Shown one piece after another: positions 34,806 to 43,383 of a stretch of DNA of 57,850 nucleotides. Under the pieces are notes generated by a model. It was not told the DNA's origin. It searched no databases and saw only the letters and a program-made list of their open reading frames with translations. Each line of letters begins with the position of its first letter. Positions within the stretch are counted from its first letter, which is position 1. Position numbers and translations under genes: made by a program. Origin of the DNA: Pirellulales bacterium (GTDB lineage Bacteria > Planctomycetota > Planctomycetia > Pirellulales > UBA1268); the NCBI GenBank assembly GCA_044337015.1, contig JBIIOJ010000001.1, positions 1-57,850 of the forward strand. The letters are read 5' to 3'.

Positions 34806-35638
34806 CTCGTCGCATCGATCGTGCCATCGGGGCCGGGCTGGATGCCGAGCACGACCGCAGCGACGGCGCAGGCGTCGGCGACGGCGCAGGATGACGCCCG
34901 CACCGTGGCCAAGCTGACGGTCGCGGCGACCACGCGACCCGTCCGCGGGTCCACGGGCGATCGTCCTGGCTTCACCGAAGACGTGGCGATCGCCCCTCCA
35001 TCGGCCAGTTCGGTCATGGCGTCTTGCCGACCCGCAGCCGCTTCACGCCGCAGTCGCACCCGCCAGTTCACGCCGTCGGCGCGGCGACCCCAGGCACGAA
35101 CCTCGCCGCCGAGTTCCACCAGATGATCGGCGGACCCGAGCCTCGCGAGCCTGTCGCCGATCTCATCCACGGCGTAGCCCGGTCCGATGCCGCCGAGATT
35201 GATCGCGAGTCCATCGACCTGCTTGCGGAGCGCCGGCGGCGAGTCCCTCGATTCAAGATGCCGCATGCCCACGGGCCGGCCGCTACCCGCCGGCGCGGCC
35301 GTGATGTCGAACGCACCGTGGGAATCTGCATGAACCTGCCGGGCGATCCGAACGACGGCGATGAGATCGGCGGAAACCTCGACCCATGCACCCGCCGGAG
35401 CCCTGTTGAAACGGCTCGCCTCGGAATCCTCGCGCCAGGTGCTCATGGCCCGGTCGATTCGCTCGAGCAGCTGCTCGACCTCCCGGTGGATCTCGCCGTC
35501 CGACATGTTCGGCAGGCCGCGGGCGAGCGTCACGCGGTAGGTCGTTCCCATCGCGGGTCCGGCGAGCGTGACCGCGGCTTCGCGGGCAGAGGCCTCGCAG
35601 GCGATGCTTGCCGCCAGGAGCAACGCGAGGCGGTTCAT
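34769..35638 (-). CDS. apbE: FAD:protein FMN transferase ApbE
   Basis: I use the internal ATG (MNRLALLLAASIAC..., signal/lipoprotein-like). The blocks MGTTYRVT, HGAFDIT, INLGGIGPGYAVDE and IATSS are ApbE signatures. The ATG overlaps the stop of the upstream gene (ATGA at 35635-35638). Confidence 0.85.
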   Translation of the reverse strand: MNRLALLLAASIACEASAREAAVTLAGPAMGTTYRVTLARGLPNMSDGEIHREVEQLLERIDRAMSTWREDSEASRFNRAPAGAWVEVSADLIAVVRIARQVHADSHGAFDITAAPAGSGRPVGMRHLESRDSPPALRKQVDGLAINLGGIGPGYAVDEIGDRLARLGSADHLVELGGEVRAWGRRADGVNWRVRLRREAAAGRQDAMTELADGGAIATSSVKPGRSPVDPRTGRVVAATVSLATVRASSCAVADACAVAAVVLGIQPGPDGTIDATSQSSPFTARSWK

Positions 35639-37368
35639 CGTGGCCACCAGTGCACCGCCGCGGCAAGGACAAGACAGGCGACCATGACACCGTCCCGCCA
35701 ACTGAGCAGGTCGGAACGGCCGTGAAATCGCAGATGATCGAGAAGCGCGCCGGTCGGACACCCGTGACGACAATACGCCATCGGCACCGCCGCGCCGGCC
35801 ACCAGGCTCACGACGAAGATCACGAGGGACGCACTCCCGGCCACCATCGGCAGGTAGCCGTCGAAGGGCTCGAGATCGACGAGCGAAAGCGGCAGGTGGA
35901 GGACGGCCGTGAGGATCGCCAGCACGAGCAGAGCCCAGGGCAGGGGAGCGAGCCATGAGCGGAGCCTCGCGGGAATCCTTCGCTTCGGCCTTACGACCCT
36001 CACGAGCAGCTGCTGCGCGGCCCCATGCGCGCACAGATGCGAGCAGTAGACGTTTCGGCGGGTCGTGACCGGCAGCACGACGGCGGCGAGTGTGAGTGCG
36101 ATGAGCACCAACGCGCCCCGCGGCACACCCGCCTGGGCCCATCCCCAGACTTGTGCCTGCGAGAGCAGCGCGCCGGCGCCGAACCCGAGATAGAGCAGCA
36201 CCGCGATCGGCAGGGCCAGCCGGCCGAACCACATGCCGCGAAGTCGGGTGAACGCCGTGACGACGCCCGCCACGATCACGCCGATCGCCCCGAGCCGCGG
36301 ACCGTCGAGACCGCGAACGAGCCTCGCCACGAAGTTCGCTCCACCCTCACCGCGGCCCCACGCGGCTCGCCTGCCCGCTGCCTCGACGATGCCGCGCGCC
36401 ACGGCCTGGCTCGTCATCGTCGCGCCGCTCACACCCTCCACTCCCGTCGCGAGAGGATCGATCCCGGCGAGTTCCTCGAACGTCATGCCGCGGTAGACGC
36501 CGCGGAACCGATCGTCGTCCCGGACGTAGCCGACGTACGGCTCGTTGTCGAAGCTGCCGAGCACGATGACGCCCGCCACGCGGCCCGTCGGGTCGAACCC
36601 GATCACCGCGTCGGTAGGGCCCTGGTAGCCGATCGTGCGGTCGGCCGCGGGGCTCGTCCGCAGCGCCCAGCCGAGCGGTATCCGGTCGGGGCCGAGCACG
36701 CGGATCACCGAAGGATCGCCTGCGTCCGGTTCGATCGCGACGGCTCCGTCGAAGAGTTTTACGAGCTCGTCGAGCGTGGGCGACGTCGGGAACCGGCCGC
36801 GGCCCGCCTCGCCGCCGAGCCGCAGGGCGAGCGCGTCGGCGATCGCCATGCAGGTGAGCGTGGAGCCGGCGACGGCGTCGACTCCGGCCGCAGACCCCTT
36901 GCCGGCGAACCCAGCGAGGTCGTCGAGCGATCGGCCGGCAAAGGACTTCAGGAACCGGGCGTCCCGATCGATCGACGAGACGTGATCGCGGGTGTCGCGG
37001 CTCGAAAGAATCTCGATACCGGCCACCCGCAGGCCCGCATCGCAGACGACGAGCAGATCCGTCGGGCCCGAAAAGCCGATGGCTGCATCGCCTGCTGGCG
37101 CCGTGCGAAACATCACTCCCACCCGCTCGCTCGCGGCATCGATCAGGTCGAGCCCACCGACGATCGCCGGCGACGCTCCTCCGATCGCCGCCACCGCGGG
37201 AAGGTGCCGCTGCAGCCTCGAGATCGGCACCCCGTCGAGCGCCGCCGCCTGCTGGCGGCCGAGGAAAGCGACGTGCTCGACGCCGACGAGCCACACCAGA
37301 GCCGCCACGACGACCACGCGACATGCGTGGATGATCACGCGGCGAAGGGTGGCGGCGTTCGTCTTCAT
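35635..37368 (-). CDS. NosR/NapH-like membrane protein with two periplasmic FMN-binding domains, lacking a ferredoxin domain
   Basis: The 577-aa product has an N-terminal anchor and two FMN_bind-like modules (AIGFSGPTDLLVV...AVAGSTLT and TIGYQGPTDAVIG...GVSGATMTS, the latter with the SGAT flavinylation motif). A polytopic C-half follows, with CSHLCA and CRHGCP (CX3CP-type) motifs. No CxxCxxCxxxCP clusters are present. Confidence 0.7.
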   Translation of the reverse strand: MKTNAATLRRVIIHACRVVVVAALVWLVGVEHVAFLGRQQAAALDGVPISRLQRHLPAVAAIGGASPAIVGGLDLIDAASERVGVMFRTAPAGDAAIGFSGPTDLLVVCDAGLRVAGIEILSSRDTRDHVSSIDRDARFLKSFAGRSLDDLAGFAGKGSAAGVDAVAGSTLTCMAIADALALRLGGEAGRGRFPTSPTLDELVKLFDGAVAIEPDAGDPSVIRVLGPDRIPLGWALRTSPAADRTIGYQGPTDAVIGFDPTGRVAGVIVLGSFDNEPYVGYVRDDDRFRGVYRGMTFEELAGIDPLATGVEGVSGATMTSQAVARGIVEAAGRRAAWGRGEGGANFVARLVRGLDGPRLGAIGVIVAGVVTAFTRLRGMWFGRLALPIAVLLYLGFGAGALLSQAQVWGWAQAGVPRGALVLIALTLAAVVLPVTTRRNVYCSHLCAHGAAQQLLVRVVRPKRRIPARLRSWLAPLPWALLVLAILTAVLHLPLSLVDLEPFDGYLPMVAGSASLVIFVVSLVAGAAVPMAYCRHGCPTGALLDHLRFHGRSDLLSWRDGVMVACLVLAAAVHWWPR

Positions 37369-37474
37369 GCCGAGAGCCTCGAGGAGTCAGACCCGGTGGT
37401 CAGGCTTCCAAGCGAACGGGATTGTAAAGTAAAAGGATTCAAGTCGAGTGATCGGACTCGCCGGAAGGTCTGCA

Positions 37475-39082
37475 ATGCTTCTCTCCATCCGTGCTGCCGG
37501 AGTCTCCTTGGGGGCGGCCGCCGTGTGCATCCTGGCGATGTCGTCGATCGCCAAGTCGGCTGACGGCCGGTCACCCGCCCGGCCCAACGTCGTCATCGTT
37601 CTCGCCGACGACCTCGGCTTCGGCGACGTCTCGGCCAACAATCCCGAGTGCAGGATCGCCACCCCGCACATCGACCGGCTCGCGACGGAGGGGATGCGGT
37701 TCACCGACGCCCACACCTCGTCGGGCGTCTGCACGCCGACGCGTTACAGCCTCCTGACCGGCCGTTACCACTGGCGCACACGGCTGCAGCACGGCGTGCT
37801 GGGAGGATTCTCGACGCCGCTCATCGCCGCCGAACGGCTGACGCTGCCCGCCTTGCTCGCCGAGCACGGCTACCACACAGCCTGCATCGGCAAATGGCAC
37901 CTCGGGATGCACTGGCCACTTCGTGGTGGGGGCACGGCGGATGATCGGGGGGACTTCTCCAAGCCTTTCCCCGAGCTCGGGCGGGTCGACTATGCCGCTC
38001 CCATCTCAGACGGCCCCGTCGATCGCGGCTTCGACCACTTCTACGGCATCAGTGCATCTCTCGACATGTTTCCCTACGTGTGGATCAACGACCGCTTGCC
38101 CACGGAGATCGCGTCCGTCACCAAACAGTTCGCCACCCCCGCCCGACCGGGCCCCGCCGGCCCTCACTTCGAGGCCGTCGACGTGCAGGAGAAGATCATC
38201 GACCACGCGGTCGAATGGATCGGTTCGCGGGCCGCCGACGCGAAGGCAGGGAAGCCCTTCTTCGCCTACGTGCCACTGGCCGCACCGCACACGCCGATTC
38301 TGCCGACGGCGAAATGGCGGGGCACGAGCGGCATCAACGACTACGCCGACTTCGTGAAGCAGGTCGACGCCGGCATGGGTCGCCTGCTCGACGCCCTCGA
38401 GGCCCACGGCCTGTCGCACGACACGCTCGTGATCTTCACGGCCGACAATGGCTGCTCACCGCTGGCGGACATCCCATCCCTCGTCGCCGCCGGTCACCGC
38501 CCAAGTTTCATCTATCGCGGGCACAAGGCCGACCTCTACGAAGGAGGCCACCGCGTGCCGTTTCTGGTCCGCTGGCCGGCACGGGTCAAGCCGGCCAGCG
38601 TGTGCGACCAACTCATCGGCCAAATCGACTTCATGGCCACGTTCGCTGAAATGGTCGGTGGCACGCTGCCGGCCGACGCCGGCGAGGACAGCGTGAGCTT
38701 TCTTCCGGCTCTCGACGGAACGGCATCGGGCCCGATCCGCACGAGCCTCATCGCCCAATCAGGAAACGGGAGTTTCGCCATCCGCGACCGCTCATGGAAG
38801 CTCTGCCTGTGTCCCGGGTCTGGCGGCTGGAGCCCGCCCAAGCCATCCGACGACACGTCCGGCCTGCCCGACATGCAACTCTACGATCTCTCGACCGACC
38901 CCGGAGAGCAGCGCAACCTCGAGGCCGCCCACCCGGAGCGGGTCGCGGCGATGAGGGGAATGCTGGAGCAGGCAATTGCCCGCGGCCGCACCACGGCCGG
39001 CCCCGACCAGCCCAACGAGGTGCCGATCGTGATGGTCAAGCAGGCCCGCGGATCATCTCGGCCCGCGACGGGGCGCAAGTGA
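37475..39082 (+). CDS. Arylsulfatase (formylglycine-dependent)
   Basis: The protein has a signal peptide followed by PNVVIVLADDLGFGDV and the CTPTRYSLLTGRY (C-x-P-x-R) signature. Later blocks are GKWHLG and TADNG. Confidence 0.9.
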   Translation: MLLSIRAAGVSLGAAAVCILAMSSIAKSADGRSPARPNVVIVLADDLGFGDVSANNPECRIATPHIDRLATEGMRFTDAHTSSGVCTPTRYSLLTGRYHWRTRLQHGVLGGFSTPLIAAERLTLPALLAEHGYHTACIGKWHLGMHWPLRGGGTADDRGDFSKPFPELGRVDYAAPISDGPVDRGFDHFYGISASLDMFPYVWINDRLPTEIASVTKQFATPARPGPAGPHFEAVDVQEKIIDHAVEWIGSRAADAKAGKPFFAYVPLAAPHTPILPTAKWRGTSGINDYADFVKQVDAGMGRLLDALEAHGLSHDTLVIFTADNGCSPLADIPSLVAAGHRPSFIYRGHKADLYEGGHRVPFLVRWPARVKPASVCDQLIGQIDFMATFAEMVGGTLPADAGEDSVSFLPALDGTASGPIRTSLIAQSGNGSFAIRDRSWKLCLCPGSGGWSPPKPSDDTSGLPDMQLYDLSTDPGEQRNLEAAHPERVAAMRGMLEQAIARGRTTAGPDQPNEVPIVMVKQARGSSRPATGRK

Positions 39083-39106
39083 GACGCTCGCCGTAGCTCC
39101 CCGCGT

Positions 39107-40894
39107 TCATTTTGAACGCCGCGCCGTGCCGGGGAGTTTCAAGAGCTCATCCATCTCCGCCCAGTGCTTTTCGTAGACGCCGCGCGGCGAGACGCCGTGT
39201 TTGATCGCCACGCTCGCCGCCTTCCCGACGACCTCCCCCATCATCCCGCAGGTCTTCATCACGCGCACGGTGCCGAGCGCCTCGTGGGTGACGGAGATGC
39301 AGCGACCCGCCATGAAGAGGTTCTCGACGTCCTTCGAATAGAAGCAACGGTAGGGAACCGGGTAGCCGTAGTTGCGATCCACCCGATTGTCGTGCACCGC
39401 GATCGAGATGAACGGGTTGTCGGGAAACTTCTTCGCGTACTCCTGCTTCGGGTAGTGGAGGTCGATCGACCACGTGCTCGGCACGCAGCCGTCGGGAAAC
39501 TCCTTCTTCGCGACGATGTCGTCCTGCGTGAGCACGACGTCGCCGAGGATCCGACGGCTCTCCCGCGGCCCCCCCACGTAGGCCACCCACGTGAGCAGGG
39601 CGTTTCCATGCTTCGCGGCCCCATCGCCGTTCTTCATCGCATTCCACGCTCCGAAGACGGCCCGCAGGTTCCAGTCGCGGATGGCCTCGGCATTGCCGAG
39701 CGGATCCTTGTCGAAGCCGCTCTCCCAGAACCATTCGGCGTGAAAGTTCCGCGGATACGGAAAATCGGCCATCGTGAGCGGCAGCGCCCAGGGCGTCTCG
39801 GGGAACGAACGCGGCGAGGCCTCCTCGGCCCACGTCCACATGTTGCTCATCCCCATCCGCCCCTTCGGCTCCATCACCGTTTCGGCGCCGGCGAGATGGC
39901 CGACCGTGGCGTGACCGGTGGCGTCGCAGAAGAACGTGCCGGTGAACACCATCTCCCGGCCCGTCTTCGTGTCGAGGCAGCTCACGCCCGTGATCCGGTT
40001 TCCCTCGCGGGCCACGGCGAAGGCGTGCGTGTTCAGGAAGAGCTCGATGTTCGGCTCCGCCCGCACGACGCTCTCCTTCAAGGCATCGCCAAACTCCTCC
40101 GCCGCGCCGGGGCTCTTCTTCGCCCTGTCGGCAAACTCCTCCACGATCTCGCCGACGTGAGGATACTTGCCCCGCTTGATGAGCCCCTGCGCCCAGACGC
40201 GGACCTCGCTCGAACCATTGCCGCCGAGCACGGGCCGGTCTTGGACGAGCGCGACTTTCAACCCCATGCGGGCCGCAGAGATCGCAGCTCCCATGCCGGC
40301 ATAGCCGCCGCCGACCACGACGAGGTCGTACGGCCCCTTCGTGTCGGGCTTCTCCGGCAGGTTGAGCGCCGCGCGCCGCCAGGCCGCGAGCACCGTCGAG
40401 TCGTTGGGCGGCGGGCTCGACTCGGTCGTGAACGCGATGCAGTCGCAGCGGCCGTCGAAGCCGGTGAGATCATGGATCGCCACCGATACCTTCCCGGCAG
40501 GCACGGTCACCGCGCCGCCTTCCTGCCAGCCCCACTCGGCCCCCTTCGTGCCGAAGGTCTCCGCGAGCGGCGTGCCGTTCACGAGCAGTTGAAATTTTCC
40601 GGGAGAGCCGGGTGCGTTCCACCGGGCGACCCAGTCCTTCGTCCGCACGAACACCCGATACGTCCCCGCGGCCGGGAACGACACCTTCGTCGTCGCATCC
40701 GCCACCGGCGTACCGAGGCCGTGGGCGAGGAGATAGGGCGAACCCATCTCCTGGATGAACTGCGTGTCGAGACTCCAGCCACCGTGATCCGAGAAGCTCT
40801 CGGCCTCGACGAGGACCGTCGCTGCCGACGTGGACTCGCCCGCCTGACCCAGCACAATTCCAGCCATCAGCGCCGCTGCGAGCGTTCGTCTCAT
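39107..40894 (-). CDS. FAD-dependent oxidoreductase with N-terminal carbohydrate-binding-like domain
   Basis: The protein has a signal peptide and a ~170-aa beta-sandwich-like N-domain. The dinucleotide fold YDLVVVGGGYAGMGAAISAARMGLKVALVQDRPVLGGNGSSE follows. This architecture is common next to sulfatases and glycosidases. Confidence 0.8.
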   Translation of the reverse strand: MRRTLAAALMAGIVLGQAGESTSAATVLVEAESFSDHGGWSLDTQFIQEMGSPYLLAHGLGTPVADATTKVSFPAAGTYRVFVRTKDWVARWNAPGSPGKFQLLVNGTPLAETFGTKGAEWGWQEGGAVTVPAGKVSVAIHDLTGFDGRCDCIAFTTESSPPPNDSTVLAAWRRAALNLPEKPDTKGPYDLVVVGGGYAGMGAAISAARMGLKVALVQDRPVLGGNGSSEVRVWAQGLIKRGKYPHVGEIVEEFADRAKKSPGAAEEFGDALKESVVRAEPNIELFLNTHAFAVAREGNRITGVSCLDTKTGREMVFTGTFFCDATGHATVGHLAGAETVMEPKGRMGMSNMWTWAEEASPRSFPETPWALPLTMADFPYPRNFHAEWFWESGFDKDPLGNAEAIRDWNLRAVFGAWNAMKNGDGAAKHGNALLTWVAYVGGPRESRRILGDVVLTQDDIVAKKEFPDGCVPSTWSIDLHYPKQEYAKKFPDNPFISIAVHDNRVDRNYGYPVPYRCFYSKDVENLFMAGRCISVTHEALGTVRVMKTCGMMGEVVGKAASVAIKHGVSPRGVYEKHWAEMDELLKLPGTARRSK

Positions 40895-41065
40895 GTCGTT
40901 GTCCTCGAGGAACTCATGCCGGGAGGCTCGCCACTGCGCCTCCCTTGAGAGTATGGGGGCTCAGCGGGAGTCACTTCAACCGAGGCCCCACGGCACCGCC
41001 ACGACAGCCCGGCCTAGAAAATCGTTCGTTGGCGGAAGGGGGGCCGATCGGTCACACTTCTCGGC

Positions 41066-42052
41066 ATGAAGACACGCTCCTTCGGACGAACGGGCTGGCA
41101 GGTTTCCGAGATCGGATTCGGGGCCTGGGGCATCGGCGGCGGCCAGTGGGGCGGCGCCGACGAGTCGGAATCGATGCGGACGCTTCACGCGGCCCTCGAT
41201 GCCGGGATCAACTTCTTCGACACGGCCGACGTCTACGGCGACGGCCTCTCCGAGCGGCTCATCGCCAGGCTCCGCCGCGAGCGGAGCGAGCCTTTCCACA
41301 TCGCCACGAAGGCGGGTCGGCGGCTGCCGGCCCAGACGGTGGCCGGCTACTCCCGCGAGAACCTCGCCGCCTTCGTCGACCGCAGCCTCGCGAATCTCGC
41401 CGTCGAGCGGATCGACCTGCTCCAGCTCCACTGCCCGCCCACGGAGGTCTACTACCGGCCGGAGGTGTTTGGCATCCTCGACGACCTCGTCGCCGCGGGC
41501 AAGATCCGCTTCTACGGCGTGAGCGTCGAGAAGGTGGAGGAGGCCCTCAAGGCGATCGAGTACCCGAACGTCCGGAGCGTCCAGATCATCTTCAACGCCT
41601 TCCGCCAGCGGCCGGCGGAGCTCTTCGTCCGCGAGGCCGTCCGCCGGCAGGTGGCCGTGATCGCCCGCGTGCCGCTCGCCAGCGGGCTGCTCTCCGGCAC
41701 GATGACCGCCGCCACGACGTTTCCCGCGGACGATCATCGCACGTTCAACCGCGAGGGCGCCATGTTCGATCGCGGCGAGACGTTCTCCGGCGTCGACTAC
41801 GCGACGGGTCTCGCGGCGGTCGAACGGCTGCGGCCGTTCGTGCCCGCCGGGGCGACGCTCGCGCAGTTCGCCCTGGCGTGGATCCTCTCGCACGAGGCGG
41901 TCGGTTGCGTCATTCCGGGCGCGCGGCGGCCGGGCCACGTGGTCGACAACGCCCGCGCCGCGGAGCTTCCGCCGCTCTCCGACGATGTGCTCGAGGCCGT
42001 GCAAGCGGTGTACGACGAGAAGGTCCGGCCGCTCGTCCACGACCGCTGGTAG
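41066..42052 (+). CDS. Aldo/keto reductase
   Basis: Motifs are GRTGWQVSEIGFGAWGIGG, INFFDTADVYGDGLSE, LLQLHCP and VIPGARRPGHV. The length is 328 aa. Confidence 0.9.
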   Translation: MKTRSFGRTGWQVSEIGFGAWGIGGGQWGGADESESMRTLHAALDAGINFFDTADVYGDGLSERLIARLRRERSEPFHIATKAGRRLPAQTVAGYSRENLAAFVDRSLANLAVERIDLLQLHCPPTEVYYRPEVFGILDDLVAAGKIRFYGVSVEKVEEALKAIEYPNVRSVQIIFNAFRQRPAELFVREAVRRQVAVIARVPLASGLLSGTMTAATTFPADDHRTFNREGAMFDRGETFSGVDYATGLAAVERLRPFVPAGATLAQFALAWILSHEAVGCVIPGARRPGHVVDNARAAELPPLSDDVLEAVQAVYDEKVRPLVHDRW

Positions 42053-42080
42053 CGGCCCTTCACCCGGCCTAAGGTGTTCC

Positions 42081-42524
42081 ATGTCGCAGCAGTTCTTTCA
42101 GGTCACCAACACCGTCGCGCTTCTCGCGTGGATCGTGCTTGTGCTCTTTCCTGCGCGGCGGATGGTGTCGAGCGTCGCCTGCGCGATCGTCGTGCCAGGC
42201 TTGCTCGCCGTCTGCTACTTTGCCGTGATCGCGTGGAAGCTCGCGGAGAACGGCCTGCCGAAAGAGGACCTCACGACGATCGCGGGCCTGCGAGCCGTGT
42301 TCGGCGACGACTGGGTGCTCGCCGCGGCCTGGACCCACTACCTCGTCTTCGACATGGTGGTCGGCGCCTGGATCGCCCGCGACGCCGTTCGGCTCGGCAT
42401 CCCGTGGCCGCTCCGCTCCGCGGCCCTGCTATTCACGTTCCTCGCCGGACCTGTCGGGTTTCTCATCCACCTCGCCTGCCGGCTCGTGCTCAAGCGGGCG
42501 GTCGAGGCCGACGACGGGCGGTGA
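42081..42524 (+). CDS. ABA4-like (DUF4281) membrane protein
   Basis: I use the internal ATG at 42081 (MSQQFFQVTNTVALLAWIVLVLFP). AAAWTHYLVFDMVVGAWIARD...FTFLAGPVGFLIHL matches the DUF4281 signature. Confidence 0.7.
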   Translation: MSQQFFQVTNTVALLAWIVLVLFPARRMVSSVACAIVVPGLLAVCYFAVIAWKLAENGLPKEDLTTIAGLRAVFGDDWVLAAAWTHYLVFDMVVGAWIARDAVRLGIPWPLRSAALLFTFLAGPVGFLIHLACRLVLKRAVEADDGR

Positions 42525-43374
42525 TCATCGCCGCCGCGACGATGGCCGCCGGCAGGACGAGGCAGGCGACACCGAGTGCGAGGATGGCGATCATGAGCGG
42601 TGGAGCATCGAACCGGCTTCGGCCGGAGAGCGTCTGGACGAGGGCATAGCCGAGCGCGAGGCCGGTGCCGACGGTCGATGCGACGACGAGCCACCACCGC
42701 CGCCGCTCGTCGAGCCCCGCCCGCCGTGCCGCCCACGCGAATAGGGGCAGCCACTGGATCGCATGGATCGCAATGCCGTGCGGAAACTTCGTGACGCCCG
42801 CCGCGCCGAACGTCTCCGGCGGGAGCCCCGCGGCGGAACGGATGTCACCGTGCACGCTGGCCCCGATTCCGAGGCCGCAGGAGACCGCGAGAAACACGAG
42901 GCCCGCCCGGGCGGCCAGCAGCATGTCGGCGGCAAGGTCGGTCCGATGCAGCAGGAATCGCACCGCGAGATCGACGATCACCGCCGTGACGAAGAGGATC
43001 AGCACGCCCATCGCATCGTAGACGAGCGAATCGAACCGTGTCTGCCGGTTGAAGTGGCTCGCGACGCCTCTCCACCGCTGCAAATCGATGAGCACGATCT
43101 CGACGAGGAGCGCCCAGGCGGTCGCCGCGGCGAGCCCGCGATCGCCCCACCGCCGCGGCAGCTTCGACCATGCCCAGCCGAGCGAAAGGCTCGTGAGCCC
43201 GCCGGAGAGTCCGAACAGGATCGGCTTCCGCCAGGTGACGGGCCCCTCCCACGGCCCGCCCAAGAACACCCAGGCGACCAGGTGCGCCGCGCCGCTTGCG
43301 ACGAGCGCGATCCCGACGGCCGCGAGCGATCGCGCGCGATCGTCACGCCACCAGTTCGAGTTCGCTCTATCCAT
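42490..43374 (-). CDS. Hypothetical polytopic membrane protein
   Basis: The 294-aa product has ~7 hydrophobic segments and no family I recognise. The start lies 9 nt downstream of the DUF1501 stop codon, so it is probably co-transcribed. Confidence 0.55.
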   Translation of the reverse strand: MDRANSNWWRDDRARSLAAVGIALVASGAAHLVAWVFLGGPWEGPVTWRKPILFGLSGGLTSLSLGWAWSKLPRRWGDRGLAAATAWALLVEIVLIDLQRWRGVASHFNRQTRFDSLVYDAMGVLILFVTAVIVDLAVRFLLHRTDLAADMLLAARAGLVFLAVSCGLGIGASVHGDIRSAAGLPPETFGAAGVTKFPHGIAIHAIQWLPLFAWAARRAGLDERRRWWLVVASTVGTGLALGYALVQTLSGRSRFDAPPLMIAILALGVACLVLPAAIVAAAMITARRRPRPPA

Positions 43375-43383
43375 GGGAACCCG

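Noticed and set aside
35639-36232. An upstream extension of the apbE track ORF. A similar extension lies at 51304..52095 upstream of vapB.
   Set aside because: The extensions overlap well-supported genes in other frames or strands. Internal ATGs give canonical N-termini, with ATGA coupling for apbE and a GGAGG Shine-Dalgarno for vapB.
39097-39136. A nested hairpin (CTCCCC...GCGTTC-ATTTT-GAACGC...GGGGAG) between the convergent sulfatase and FAD-oxidoreductase genes. A 7-bp hairpin also lies at 49490-49506.
   Set aside because: The stems are short and no U-run follows on either strand. The inner stems overlap stop codons. This is not enough to call intrinsic terminators.
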